From Eledone cirrhosa (taxonomy: Eukaryota): a stretch of DNA of 64,000 bases. The translations under genes and the position numbers were made by a program. Position 1 is the stretch's first letter. The number at the start of each line of letters is the position of its first letter. The DNA lies in NCBI GenBank assembly GCA_964016885.1, contig OZ024742.1:261020001-261084000 (forward strand), written 5' to 3'. Positions 52,031 to 64,000 of this stretch are shown in pieces. A model generated the notes under the pieces. That model had not been told where the DNA came from. It worked only from the letters and a program-made list of their open reading frames with translations, and ran no database searches.

Positions 52031-54431
52031 GTAAGTGATACATTTTATTCTGTTCTATTGGTCTTTTGTCAGTTTTCTCTTCATTTCCTGGTTTCAGACT
52101 GCAACTATGCTGGGGCACCACCTTGAAAGGTTTAGTCTAACATATATATCTCACTTATTTTTTCTAGTCAGGCACTTATTTTATTGAACTCTTTTTTTGT
52201 CTAAGCTGTCGGACATAAGTACAGATACAAACATAAGTGAAAACACAGACACGGAGACATGTGTGTGTGTGTGTATACATATATATATATATGATGGGAT
52301 TCTGCCGTTTCCATTTACCAAATTTCACTCAAAAGGCATTGGTCTACTCAAAGCTATAGTAGAAGACACCTGCGAAATGTACCATGCAGCTAGACTGAAC
52401 CTAGGACCATGTGGTTGCGAAGTGAATTCCTTAACTACGTAAATTTGTCTGCACCTGTTTCTAATATTTTTTGTTTTTCTATTTCTTTATTTGCGTTGGG
52501 TATCATAAGAAGTGACTTAACACTGCTTCTAAAAAGACCCTATGGATAGTATGAAGTCTATTAAGGGGTCCGCATTGATAATGCCTTCTCAAAAGGCTTA
52601 TTGTATTTGGGTGTATCAAAGTGAATAATTCTCAAGAAATTGTAGACTGTTTAGGGGAAATGACCTTATTTACTGAATTTTCATTATTTCATTCTACTTT
52701 CTTCTTGGGCAATCTATAAAGGTCTAGAGGATGCTTTAGTCATGTCAATAACTTCCTAGTGCTTTTGAAAAATGATAAAATGCACCCAGTACACTCTGAA
52801 GAGTGTAGTAATGTATGTAAGCAGGATGCAGCCCCTGGTCCATCTGTAAGGTCAGTAGCCCTGACTGAGTATTGGCTCGGTCTGTGACAATCCATCTAAT
52901 CCATCTAACACCTCATGTACATCAGATGTTGTTGTGACCAGATTTAGGAGATCAACAAAATATTCTCTCCACCACACGTGGGATGCACCTTTCTTCAGAG
53001 AGAAGAACCTAAGATGAGTCCCTGGTAGCAGGTGTAGAAGGGTCTTCTTATTAAAAAGTCAGTGGATGACTGCCAGAATACTTTATTTACTGATCTAAAC
53101 TTAGATTCCAGCCAAACCCAGAAGCCCCCATGCTCTAATCATGATGCCCTTTACTGTCTTAGCTGCGATTTTATGCGCCTATTTTTATCACTAGTGCATG
53201 AAGGAAGACTTATTTTCAAGCCAACCTTTGTAAGCCTCCTCCTTTGCTCGGATGGCATCTTGAACCTCCTGACTAAACCAGGGGTCCCCTCTCTATTTTT
53301 AATTATCTATATTTCTATTTTATGCCATGCTGATATCTATAAATACCTGTTTAGAATAAATTTTCCAATGTAGGCACAAAGTGCACCAAAATATTTTTAG
53401 TTGTTCGAAAGTAAAAAATGTTTTGGAACCACTGGCGTTGGTTCATTCAAAAGAACATTATATAAGGGAAAGAAGTGAGTAAATAGAAGACACAAGGGAG
53501 ATAATTTGGTAAATTTACAAGGGAAATAAGCATGAAAATACAATAAACTAAGGGAAGTAGTCTCGAGGGCGAGAGAATTGTAAGACTTTTTTTAATCGCT
53601 ATTTCTGTTCATAGAGTACGAAACGTCAACATATTTTAGTTGGTATTTACAAATGTTCATGATCGCTGTTTTAGATCAGGAGGTGGATATATATCAGAAC
53701 GTAAAGAGCGGAAACAAATACCATAAAACATTCCATTCGATTCTTTAACAATTCTACTAACCCACCGGTCCTGGATAGTTACTTATTTATCAACCACAAA
53801 AGAATGAAAGGCAAAGGTGACCTCAGTTACACTGTGTTTTATCATGCAATCAGCACTGAAGATATTGTCTTTGGCTATATTAAACTTTCCTTTCTACCCT
53901 CCGTTTGTAATTGGTATTACTGCCTTTGGATGTAACCTGTGGAGTCCACATTTCGTTTATACCAACTGGGATATCTTTGACTGTAGATATACCGGATCGG
54001 GACTGAACTACTACTGTACATTTCTGTATGTTGGATTTCCGTCGGTTTCGTCAACGAGTGGTTTCATCAACGGAATAGCATACCCATGAAATTAACGTGC
54101 AAATCGCTGCGCATTCCACAGGCACGTGTACCCTTAACGTAGTTCACAGAGAGATTCAGCATGACCCAGTATAATTTTCAGCTGTGTGGTCAAGAGAAGC
54201 ATGAAATAAAGTTTCTTGCTCAAGAACACAGCGCGCAACTGGAAATGAAACGATGACCTTACAACCATGAGCCGAACACCTTAACCTATAAGTAGTATAC
54301 TTTCATCTGTGTTTGGACTGAATTTAGTTTATTTGGTGGCGAATTAACAATAAATCTTTCTTACGTTAACATAAACGTAATCTACACCTATGAAAACGTC
54401 TTACTGCAAAATTTAATTTTAAAATGTTTTA

Positions 54432-55037
54432 TTAGCCCTTTCGTTATAATTTTCAAATCCTTTTGAAAACAATGAAGTCTTTGGAGAGATTTAGTAATAA
54501 CTTTCTCGTTATTAAGCTGTTGTTTGCAACTTAACAAACGTACTTACCGCATATATTCGAATTTAAGTCGATCCAAATATATCCGATCCTTATTTTATAA
54601 ACCCTGTTTATAAGTCGAGGTAGTCAATCAACACATTATGTTTAGATGGCATGCATGTGTAGGGGATATATATGTATAAAATGTTCAAATTATAAAAAAA
54701 TTGTTGAAATGTTTTCAAGGGAATGCATAAATAACACCAATGACGATGTAGTAAAGGTAGAAAAACTGTTTTACTATAAAATAATCACTTCAAATATTTT
54801 AGCACCTAATTTACGTAGAATTTGAAGCTGGTGAAAATTGGCAAAAATATTGACTTTGTATACAAGTTGACCCCATTTTACCATCGATTTTTTTTTTTGT
54901 CACATATTCCTCGACTTATATACGAGTATATACGGTACATACAATTATGATGAATTTTTTAAAAGAAAAATATAAACATTTGAAAATAAACAGCTTTGTT
55001 TTGTAGAACCAGCCTCTACCCTGCCGGTTCCAGGCAG
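54432..55037. mobile_element. piggyBac-like MITE remnant (interrupted)
   Basis: ends ttagccctttcgtta... and ...tatctaaagtgttaa resemble TTAA-CCCTTT termini. Confidence 0.45.
54547..54935. mobile_element. Tc2/pogo-like MITE
   Basis: TIRs ccgcatatattcgaatttaagtcga / tcgacttatatacgagtatatacgg with TA TSD. Confidence 0.75.
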
Positions 55038-55781
55038 TTTCGTATCTAAAGTGTTAATGTATTCATGTCATGTTATCTGTCAGATCAATGTTCTGAGTGA
55101 GGTCATTAGGTGTCTAGTAGGACTATATCTCACCGTTCTGTATATCAATGCAAGCAATATCTATGTCATCTGCCCAGAAAGTGAGAACAGGATACTGCAG
55201 TTAACTCAGCATGACTGATCAGCCAGCTTATTTTTGTTCTTTATTATTATTTTGTATTTTTGTTAGTTTCATTTTAAGCTTTATTCTTTTGATATGTATT
55301 TATGCAGTGTCTGACTGGCTCTTGTGTATTTGTCTTTGTATCCAGTGTGTATGTATCTGTATCTTTATTTCTATCGGTGTCAGTATGTGTCAACGTCTCT
55401 GTGTGTGTATGTTGCATTACTGTTGTCATGAAAGTATGTGACTTAGCAGTTAGGGTGTTCAATTTCTGGCAGTAAAATGTGTCCCTTTGCAAGACACTTT
55501 TTGAGGCAGTTTTACTGCCGGATGCTCTTCTCGACTCTAATCCTTTTAGTTTCTTCTTATGATATATATATATAATAGAACAAAGAATCAGTGTTGCATC
55601 ATTTAATTACATATTAAATATGTTTCACTGTCGAGCAGCTCGAGGAACGATCGATTAATGATTGATCCTGACTCTTAATTTGCACCTTTAATACATATAT
55701 ATATATAGAGAGAGAAAAAAGATGAAATCGAAAATGCAACTGGAGTCTTTTTTTTTTTAAATATATATATTTATTTGGTTC

Positions 55782-55817
55782 CTTTACCTGTTTCGCAGTT
55801 CTTCTGCTTTTCAAAAG
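55782..55817 (-). ncRNA. minimal hammerhead, U3-A8 variant
   Basis: ctt TTGAAAA gcag..ctgc GAAA cagg TA aag. Confidence 0.65.
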
Positions 55818-55924
55818 TAGAGTTGAGATTTTGGCATTTCGAGCCACTTTTTCCATATAAAACAAGTAACATTCAAAGACCAACCAGATGTGAGAAAAAC
55901 CACAGACCCTCCATCTCAATTCTA

Positions 55925-55960
55925 CTTTTGAAAAGCAGAAGAACTGCGAAACCGGTAAAG
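55925..55960 (+). ncRNA. minimal hammerhead, U3-A8 variant
   Basis: ctt TTGAAAA gcag aagaa ctgc GAAA ccgg TA aag; palindromic stem III ACCGGT. Confidence 0.72.
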
Positions 55961-56087
55961 GAACCAAATAAATATATATATTAAAAAAAAAAGACTCTAG
56001 TTGCATTTTCGGTTTCATCTTTTTTCCTTATACTTTCACTCGTGTAGGACACCTCGGTTATTTTTCATTTTGTAAAAAAAACCTCAC

Positions 56088-56126
<39 letters not shown>

Positions 56127-56403
56127 AAAATTTTAAAAATTAAAAATCAACTTACTTACTAAAATTTTCACTCCAACTAAATAATAATTCAGTGGATGGA
56201 AAGAAGCTAGCGTCGACTAAATTCCGGAGCACTGAAAAAATTTCACTGCCTCTGGTCAGTGGCAGATTCTAAAGAATCAATCACGTGACACTGAGGTTAA
56301 TCAGTTAGGAGCGGGGTGGTATTATGACAAGAGCCTACTACTACCATGAAACAGCAGTAAATTTTGGCCAGTTTTGCTCAACAAATAATTTGGAGATAAA
56401 TAT

Positions 56404-56556
56404 AGAGAATTAGTACATCTACCAACATATGTGTACAGATGTACACTCATGCTAGCAAATATATAAGTTATGTCTTAGTACCTTAGTACCTAAGACATAA
56501 CTTATATATTTGCTAGCATGAGTGTACATCTGTACACATATGTTGGTAGATGTACT

Positions 56557-56564
<8 letters not shown>
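56404..56564. repeat. perfect fold-back palindrome
   Basis: ~75-bp identical inverted arms around a short loop. Confidence 0.92.
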
Positions 56565-56651
<87 letters not shown>

Positions 56652-56654
56652 TAG

Positions 56655-57280
56655 TACGGGATGTTTGTTTACAAACACACCGAGCATTGTAATAAATGTT
56701 CGGTGAATCCATACGTACATATATATATGTGTGCATGTATGTATATATATATATATACATACTACTGTACGTCTGTATACATATATGTATGTACGTATAC
56801 ATACTTATATTTAAGTAACAGCCGTATTAAGAGTGGGAAATGAAATTTCGTTTCATTTTTTCCGTTTATCGTTTTCGATGCACCCGGCCGATTAACCCAC
56901 TCGATATGCAAATTGGGCTTCTCAGCTGTTAATATGCGTTCAACAATCTGGCAGGAAGGTATACGTTGCTGACGATAGCTAATAAGCTTGAAACTAGTAC
57001 AGCGTTCCTTTGTCAGTGTTGAACAAACGAGCAACGATGGTTGCTGGACACTACGGCTTAATACGGGATGTTTGTTTACAAACACACCGAGCATTATAAT
57101 AAATGTTCGGTGAATCCATACGTACATATATATATGTGTGCATGTATGTATATATATATATATATATACATACTACTGTACGTCTGTATACATATATGTA
57201 TGTACGTGTACATACTTATATTTAAGTAACAGCCGTACTAAGAGTGGGAAATGAAATTTCGTTTCATTTTTTCCGTTTAT
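56655..57280 (+). mobile_element. non-LTR retrozyme-like element (407-bp monomer, ~1.5 copies)
   Basis: direct repeats start at 56655 and 57062; hammerhead lies between them; (TA)n flanks. Confidence 0.85.
56963..57005 (+). ncRNA. minimal type I hammerhead
   Basis: acgttg CTGACGA t agc..gct t GAAA ctag TA cagcgt; palindromic ACTAGT. Confidence 0.82.
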
Positions 57281-57529
57281 ATATATATGAAAATATAGAA
57301 ATTAATGTGGGCAAGAAGCCAACAGTATTTCATAATATATAAGTGACTATAACGTCAAAATGGAAAATAATTAACGTAAGATATGGGAAAATAATTCAAA
57401 CTCAATTAAAAAAAATCAAAAATTTTATCCACAGATTTTGTGAAATCCAGGGAAAAAAACCAATAGAGTCTTAACTCAGAATAAAATAAAGTTTAAATAC
57501 TCATCCTTCAATTTGGAATAACTACAAAT

Positions 57530-57604
57530 GCTCTATATAAAAATACTATTTCACGAAACTTTTCAGTGGTATTAATCACAGTAGGAATCGTTCCTCAGTA
57601 GAAC
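57530..57604 (-). ncRNA. type I hammerhead candidate
   Basis: gttcta CTGAGGA acga..tcgt GAAA tag..tta TA tagagc. Confidence 0.7.
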
Positions 57605-57628
57605 TCAACACGATAACCAAATCCACTG

Positions 57629-58176
57629 CCAACGGGTCACGGGTGGTCTAGTATACTACTAAAACTATGTGATTGCTTGCTTGTCTGTAATGTAATACAG
57701 CCAAAAGGGTGCACAATGGGAAAATACTTTAAAAGGAAGTTGTCCCTGAAATGGGGATACAAATGGAATAAAACAAGTTTCGTGTAAATTGGAGCACGGC
57801 TTCCCGAGATATGGGTTTTTTTCCGGATACAAAGAGAGAGAAAGACAGAGAGGAAGAGATAGTGGTTGTGAGAGAGTAGATTGAGAGAGAAACATAGGGA
57901 GAGAGAAGGAAAATAGAAGAGTGACAGAGAGAGAGAGCTGGTGGTGTTGTTGAATGAAATTACAACCAGTGACTTCAGAGAAACGAATATAGCATTACTG
58001 TATCCTGATAAATAGAAAGTATTTTTGTGTGTGTTTCTGTTTGTGACCGGTGTATGTCACAGACACACGCACACAAACATACACACATATACATTATATG
58101 CATGTCTGTCTATATTTTGATTATTTAAAAAATTATTTTAAAGTGAACGTGACCCAACGGGTCACGGGTGGTCTAG
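57629..58176 (+). mobile_element. non-autonomous Helitron-like element with duplicated 3' end
   Basis: hairpin cgtgaccc-aac-gggtcacg plus ggtggtCTAG at 58148-58176; same terminus at 57629-57651. Confidence 0.65.
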
Positions 58177-58649
58177 TATATATATAAAGTTATCTCGAAT
58201 ATCGAGTTTGAAACGCGACTGTATTAGAATTCGTAGGATAATGGGAAGAACTCAACGCAAGGATGCTGTTCAAACAACAAAATGCCGTCAAAGACAGCGT
58301 CGGGTCAAATTTACCTCAAAAGATAGAAATCAGCGGCTAGAAGTGTGTTGGCTCGCAGAAGTGATAGGAAGAAAGGAGAAAGGGAAGAAAATGGACGAGA
58401 TGAGATCACACAAACATTTAAATACACTCGTCAGCTTTTAGACTGCCTGTGGTTTCGACGATTTCACTAAAAGTACCACGTAAGATAGACGGCTCGTAAC
58501 AACAAAGAAATAAATATCTCTGTTGGTATAATATCTTCTTCTTCTTCTTCTTCTTCTTCTTTTTTCTTCTTCTTTTTTTCTTTTTTCTTTTTTCTTTTTA
58601 TTCTTTTTCTTATTTTCGTTTTCTTTTTCTTATTTTCGTTTTCTTGTTC

Positions 58650-60470
58650 TTCTTCTTAAGAGGGTCTTTGGAGGAAGAGTCCTCAAACACTCCTTCCAGC
58701 GGGGCCTGTCAGAATCAACCATCTTCAAATAATCCGCTGGATCCTCAAGTAAAACTAACTCTGCTTATGGATCTTATCCAACCATCTTGCTCTGGTCTGT
58801 GCCAGTTGGTTTTGCCCGTAAAATCTGCCCAGCGATTCTTTTCCGAGACATTCTAACCACTTGCCCATAGTATCGGAGCTGTGATCTCTAAATTAGGAGA
58901 AGTAGCGGCTCTACCTGGAGTGAATCTCTCCAAAGACCGCTTGTATTCGCGATCATATTCTTTCAGTCATTACCCAAGATTCATGACCATAATTAAGGGT
59001 TGTCACGAATACCGAAATGAAGATAGCTAGTTTGGCTTTACGCCTACCTCCCTTCTTCTGATTACTGAATGCTGAAGCTGGCACATTACTGCACCAGCTC
59101 CTGCAATTCTTGTACATAATTCAGCCTCCTGCTTTCCACCACTCGTGAACATGGCCCCGAGATACTTGAACTTATCTACCTGCCTCAGTGGGATTCCATT
59201 CACATGTAGAGTGCATTGCGCAGGCTTCCTTGAGAGGACAAGCTCTAATTTTCATTCCAGCCATGCAGCACTCAGCATTTATCCTATCGAGCGCAAGTCG
59301 GATATCACCTTCTGTCGAGTTTAGTAGCATCATGTGGTCTGCAAATCCGAGCCGACTGTTTTTACTACCTCCAGTCATCATACCACTTCCAACTCGTCTG
59401 CGCATGTCAACCCCGTTCATGTAAATAATGAATAGGAGAGGTGACATAATGCACCCTTGGTGGAGTCCGACTCTCACATTGAATGGTTTCGATTTAGCAC
59501 CATTTATCTGAACACAAATACTTGGTCATTCGTATAGAGACATTAGGGCAGCAAGAAGATGACAATCGGTCCCATATTCCTCGAGAACCTAACAAAGCAG
59601 GTCACAAGGAATGCGGCCTTTTCAAGGTCAACAAAACAAGAATATACCTATTCTCAATACTCCCATTTATCGAAGACCTGCAGCAGTGTCAGTATTTGGT
59701 CGGCTGTGCTGCGTTCTGGTCGAAAACCTCACTGTTCTTTAGCTATCTTGGACTCGACATTCTCTCTGCATCTCTTTGCCAGACACTTAGCATAGACTTT
59801 ACCGGAAGGAACAATGTTTCTCGTCTCCCCGTTTGAAAATTGGGTTTATCACTCCCGATTGCCATTGCTTAGGTGCCTTTCCAGATATCTAGACCACCAG
59901 GCGTACACAAGTCAGCCAGAGAATACCTTCTCTATTTAAGACTTTTAACATCTCGGGCTGGATTTTATCTTACCCAGTGGCCTTGTCACATTTGAGCTAT
60001 TTAATTGCTCTTGTGACCTCAGCCACTGAGAGATTAGTCATCACTTCCAGATGCACCTCGTGTACATCAGAAGATGCTGTTGTGATCGGGTTTAGGCGAT
60101 CAGCAAAGTAATTTCTCCACCTTGCGAAGCTGGACCTCCCTGAAGAGAGAACCCCAGACGCGTTCTTCATAGCAGGTGTGGAGGAGGGCTTCTTATTTCG
60201 AAGTCGGCGGATGGTCTGGCAGAACACTTTATTTGCTGAACTGAAGACGGATTCCAGCTCAACCCCAAAGTCCTCCCATGTCTAGGGTTCTCTCTTGAGA
60301 GAGGTGCCGTCTCGCAAGGTGGAAAGATTACTTTGGACGCCTTTATTGTCTCTGCTGCGATTCTTCCTGCCTTCTTGTACCGCAAGTGCAAGAAGGAGGA
60401 CTTATTTCCAAGCCAAGCTTTGTGAGCCTCCTTTGCTCGGATGGCATCTTTGACATCTTGATTGAACCTG
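58650..60470 (-). mobile_element. degenerate RTE LINE, family A
   Basis: GLHQGCIMSPLLF, FADH, CQTIRRLR; homologous to 15120-16735. Confidence 0.88.
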
Positions 60471-60640
60471 CAGTATTTAACACTGCTTATTTATTTTATC
60501 ATACTCTAATTGTCGATCTATTAAGTTTCAAGACCAACAAATAGTAAATGTAAACATAGATATGGACAAACGCAGACACATGCGCGCACGCATCTCCTGT
60601 TTTCTCTCTCTCATAAATTATTTCTATTGATCAAACGCTC

Positions 60641-60991
60641 TGTAGCGGTTGTCTCCCTTGTTGTGACTCACAACCCCAATAGATTAACAACATCTAGACG
60701 GGAAGTAGAACCCTTTCTGTAACTTCCGGCAGAGCCCTATAAAACGAATAGCCTTCGGCTCTCTCCCTCTCATTTGCCCTTCCGGCGCCTGGCCTTAGCC
60801 AGGCGTCTTCTGCCAGCCGCGTTTGCCTGGCAATCAAAACGGTAACTACTAACTTTGCTTCATTCTATCATCTATTTCTTTGACATGTCAACTATACTGT
60901 TCTATATATATATCCATGATTGTTAATTAAATATTATACACACAAACCATGTCTTTTTGTTACATTCATACAACCCAGTATCTTCGCTATA
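60641..60991 (+). mobile_element. solo LTR with 4-bp TSD (GCTC)
   Basis: gctc-TGTAGC...GCTATA-gctc; related to the LTR at 8590-8967. Confidence 0.85.
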
Positions 60992-61314
60992 GCTCTTTTT
61001 TCTAAAATCTCTTATTAACATTTGCCTTTCTTTTTTTGCTTATCAATTGTCCTGTCCCTTCTCCCTCTCTGCTTCTCTCTCTCTCTTACTTCTCTCTCTC
61101 TCTTACTTCTTCTCCCTCAATCATATTAACCCTCTTTCTCTGTTTTACTCATTCTCTCTTACTGCTTCTTTCTCTCTCTCACTGCCTTTCCTATATCTTT
61201 CAATCATATCAACTTCTCTTTCTCCCTCATATTAATCCTCATTTCACATCTCATGTGCTTAATTAAATAGCTCTGTTCTATACATAGAGCACTCTTTTTT
61301 TCCTTTGGAATTAC

Positions 61315-61389
<75 letters not shown>

Positions 61390-61822
61390 TACTATATTTC
61401 CCTCTTACTACATCTCTCTTACTGTATCTCTCATACTATATCTCTTTTACTATCTCTCTTACTACATCTCTCTAACAGTCTCTCTCATTTTCTTTCTCCC
61501 TTACTTTCTCATATTCTCTTGCTGTCTCTCTCACATTTGTACCTTTTCTCTTACTTACCCTCATCCTCTCCTGTTACTCTTAACCTTCTTTCTATCCCTT
61601 ATCTATTACCCAACACTCACTATTTTGAACTTTTTCTCTCTGTCCTTTATTTTTCTTTGTTACTGATTTCTACCTGGAATCTATTTGAGCTTCCTTGTGT
61701 TATTTATTAGAGCATATCAATTGCGTTTATTTCAGAGGAGTGAAATAACGTATTTTATATCTCTGATATAGACTGATAGGTAGGGCAGTGAGAGAGAGAG
61801 AGACACAGAGAGAGAGAGAGAG

Positions 61823-61874
<52 letters not shown>

Positions 61875-62100
61875 CGAGAGAGAGATATTATTTCTACTTT
61901 AAATCGTGTTATTCTATTCGCTTGCTTAGTGTTCATGCAGTTACTTGCAGTTTAGTTATACAATAGTTTATCTGCCTAGCTAAATGTGTGTGTTAACCCA
62001 CATCTGAGCAATATTAGAGAACAAACAAGAAGGCCACGGCACAATCTCTCTGTACTGGTCACCACAACTAGCTTCTAATCTACCCTTTCTTTTATTCATC

Positions 62101-62456
62101 ATGAGAAGCAGTAGAGACTTTGAACAAAAACCGATTAATTCAGAATACGATGTTAACTTTGGACATGTTAACCATGGATATACCGGTGAGCCCTATTATC
62201 CCACCAATTATTCATACCCTAATGAGGAAATGGTAACCGATAGAAGAGATTTCGGTTCTGATCCACCGAATGCGATTCCCCATAACCGTTTCCACATTAA
62301 TAAATCGTATGTGGAAGATGAACCAGTATCACCTAGTAACCATTACTTTAACAGACAGCCTGCTATAAAAATGAAACGGACATACAAAGAGCGGATTAAC
62401 ATGCTCATTAAGAAAAATGTTGACATTACCCCAATTCATCTCGTCAAAATTCTTAG
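62101..62456 (+). CDS. host gene coding exon, probable alternative first exon
   Basis: ATG-initiated non-repetitive ORF MRSSRDF...LVKILR; AG|gtatgt donor; phase 2. Confidence 0.7.
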
Positions 62457-63189
62457 GTATGTGTCATTTCATCAATTTTACTCTCTTGACCATTTTAAAT
62501 ATACTGAATTATTTTTCGTTTTTACTTCGTTTTGTTTATTTGTTTTGCTGTGATTTAAAAAAATATTTTGTTGTGGATTTATTATAGTAATGAGCTTCAA
62601 TGTTAGAATAAAGGATATGATCAAAGGTGAGCTCGATCGTAGCTGACATGGGGCTAAATTACAACTAGTGGTAGAGGCAGACACGGAAGCACGGGGAGTG
62701 TTTGAACAACTGTAGCATTTATAATAATTAATCCTGTGTCAAGCATATCACACCAACATTACCACCTCAAACCAACCTCCCAAGGAATGCCTGAGCTCTT
62801 CATCGGCTGGTAATAGTAGCCAAATCTCCCTTAAACAACACTTTTTTTTAAAAAAGGACACATTTAAATATTTTATAACTAAAGAAAAGTAAAAGGACGG
62901 GATAATGATACATAGAACACCTTTGATCATATTTCAACTTGATCAAGGCTGACATTAAGGCTAAACTGCTATAACTATTATTTAGCGTGTTACAAAGATC
63001 GTCAACAGCATCAACACCACTAACATTCTTAGCATGATACCTGTAGAGATATGCATTACAATTGAAGATGTAAGAAAAATGTAAATATATCTGAAGAAGA
63101 AGCGATCTTTTAAACGATTCAGCGAATGAAGGACATTTCCTTTTAAGTGATAACTATTTAGTGGGTGGAGAGTCGACACCAATATCGGA

Positions 63190-64000
63190 TTAGTACTTTA
63201 TTTATTGGCCTGATACGCAATAGGGCCCACCCACAGACCCGGCGGACAGAATGGAGAAGGCGTTTCCCTGGAGGACGGCAAGGGACATGCGCTGGAAAAG
63301 CCACTCTAACTCGCGGGGCTCACACTTGCGGCTGGCGAGCTCAGCGCCTATGGTGGTGAATAAGGAGGTAGCCCTGGGGCTGAGGATACCAGAAGTCTCC
63401 ACTGCCAGGGGTACGACCGCAAACCTGTCGAAGAGCGACCAGTATTTGAGGAGTTTGGCCTCCTCAGCCCGACGTGCAGCAGAACCTGGGTCAGTCGCAG
63501 ACTGCACCAGGTTGCGGCTGCAGAAAGTGTTGGTGCAAGTGGCATCCCAGACGAGGTGTTTGCCACCGCGGAACGGGAAGATGGTCATGCCATCTGGCCT
63601 TTTGCCAGCCCCTTGATCCAGCCCCACCGGCTCGAGCTGGGAAGGGAAGCCTTCAGCTTCCAAGCCATACTTACTGACCTTGTTGAGGGCAGCATGGCGT
63701 GGAATGCGGCCGGCACTGTGGCGACAGGAAAGCGGGTGGAGGCCGAAAGAGTCCACAGTGGAACTGCAGTGACATTGGTGTAGTGTCATTAAGATCTCGG
63801 TATCTTCAATCCCTAGACTGCCGTTTCCCTCCTTCCAAATCAGGAGGGCATCATGCCTCTGGAAAACAGGAGCCCCGTAAAGTGGAATGACTGATGCTGC
63901 AACTGATAGACCTGGCTGTTTTCCACGGCAATGCTTTTGCCATCATATCTGCAGGACGCAGCTGAGATACACTATCCAGCCATGAAGGACTGCCGTCCGA
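63190..64000 (-). mobile_element. CRE-clade non-LTR retrotransposon 3' end (CCHC + RLE endonuclease)
   Basis: CHC....D..GLHPLSC, RH, KRPDG, WDAT, PLAVETSG, QRMSLAVLQGNA. Confidence 0.92.

Larger units (their letters stand above)
55714..56026. mobile_element. inverted-repeat element with a hammerhead in each arm
   Basis: ~115-bp inverted arms and ~80-bp spacer. Confidence 0.85.

Noticed and set aside
58420-58465. Hammerhead-like pieces (CTGACGA, GAAAC..GTC) on the - strand
   Set aside because: Order and stems could not be fitted to any hammerhead topology

Overview
Eukaryotic, AT-rich, microsatellite-saturated intronic/intergenic DNA. The repeat content ((TA)n, RTE LINEs with (GAT)n tails, tRNA-derived SINEs) suggests a cephalopod such as Octopus; this is inferred, not confirmed. 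Host genes: the last three exons of an MFS transporter (1186-3125) and probable 5' exons of a second + strand gene (24196, 51709, 62101). The rest is mobile DNA: RTE and CRE non-LTR elements, Gypsy LTR elements, Helitron and TIR remnants, SINEs, and a near-intact Penelope-like element (PLE; RT plus GIY-YIG) with an inverted 3' copy. Most notable is a set of sequence-unrelated small elements that sit in (TA)n tracts, are built as partial tandem and/or inverted repeats, and carry type I hammerhead ribozyme motifs. About 12 motifs were folded by eye, including core variants. One element with the same architecture carries a full tRNA-like cloverleaf (GGC anticodon) instead of a hammerhead. All motifs, folds and repeat boundaries were read manually and are approximate.
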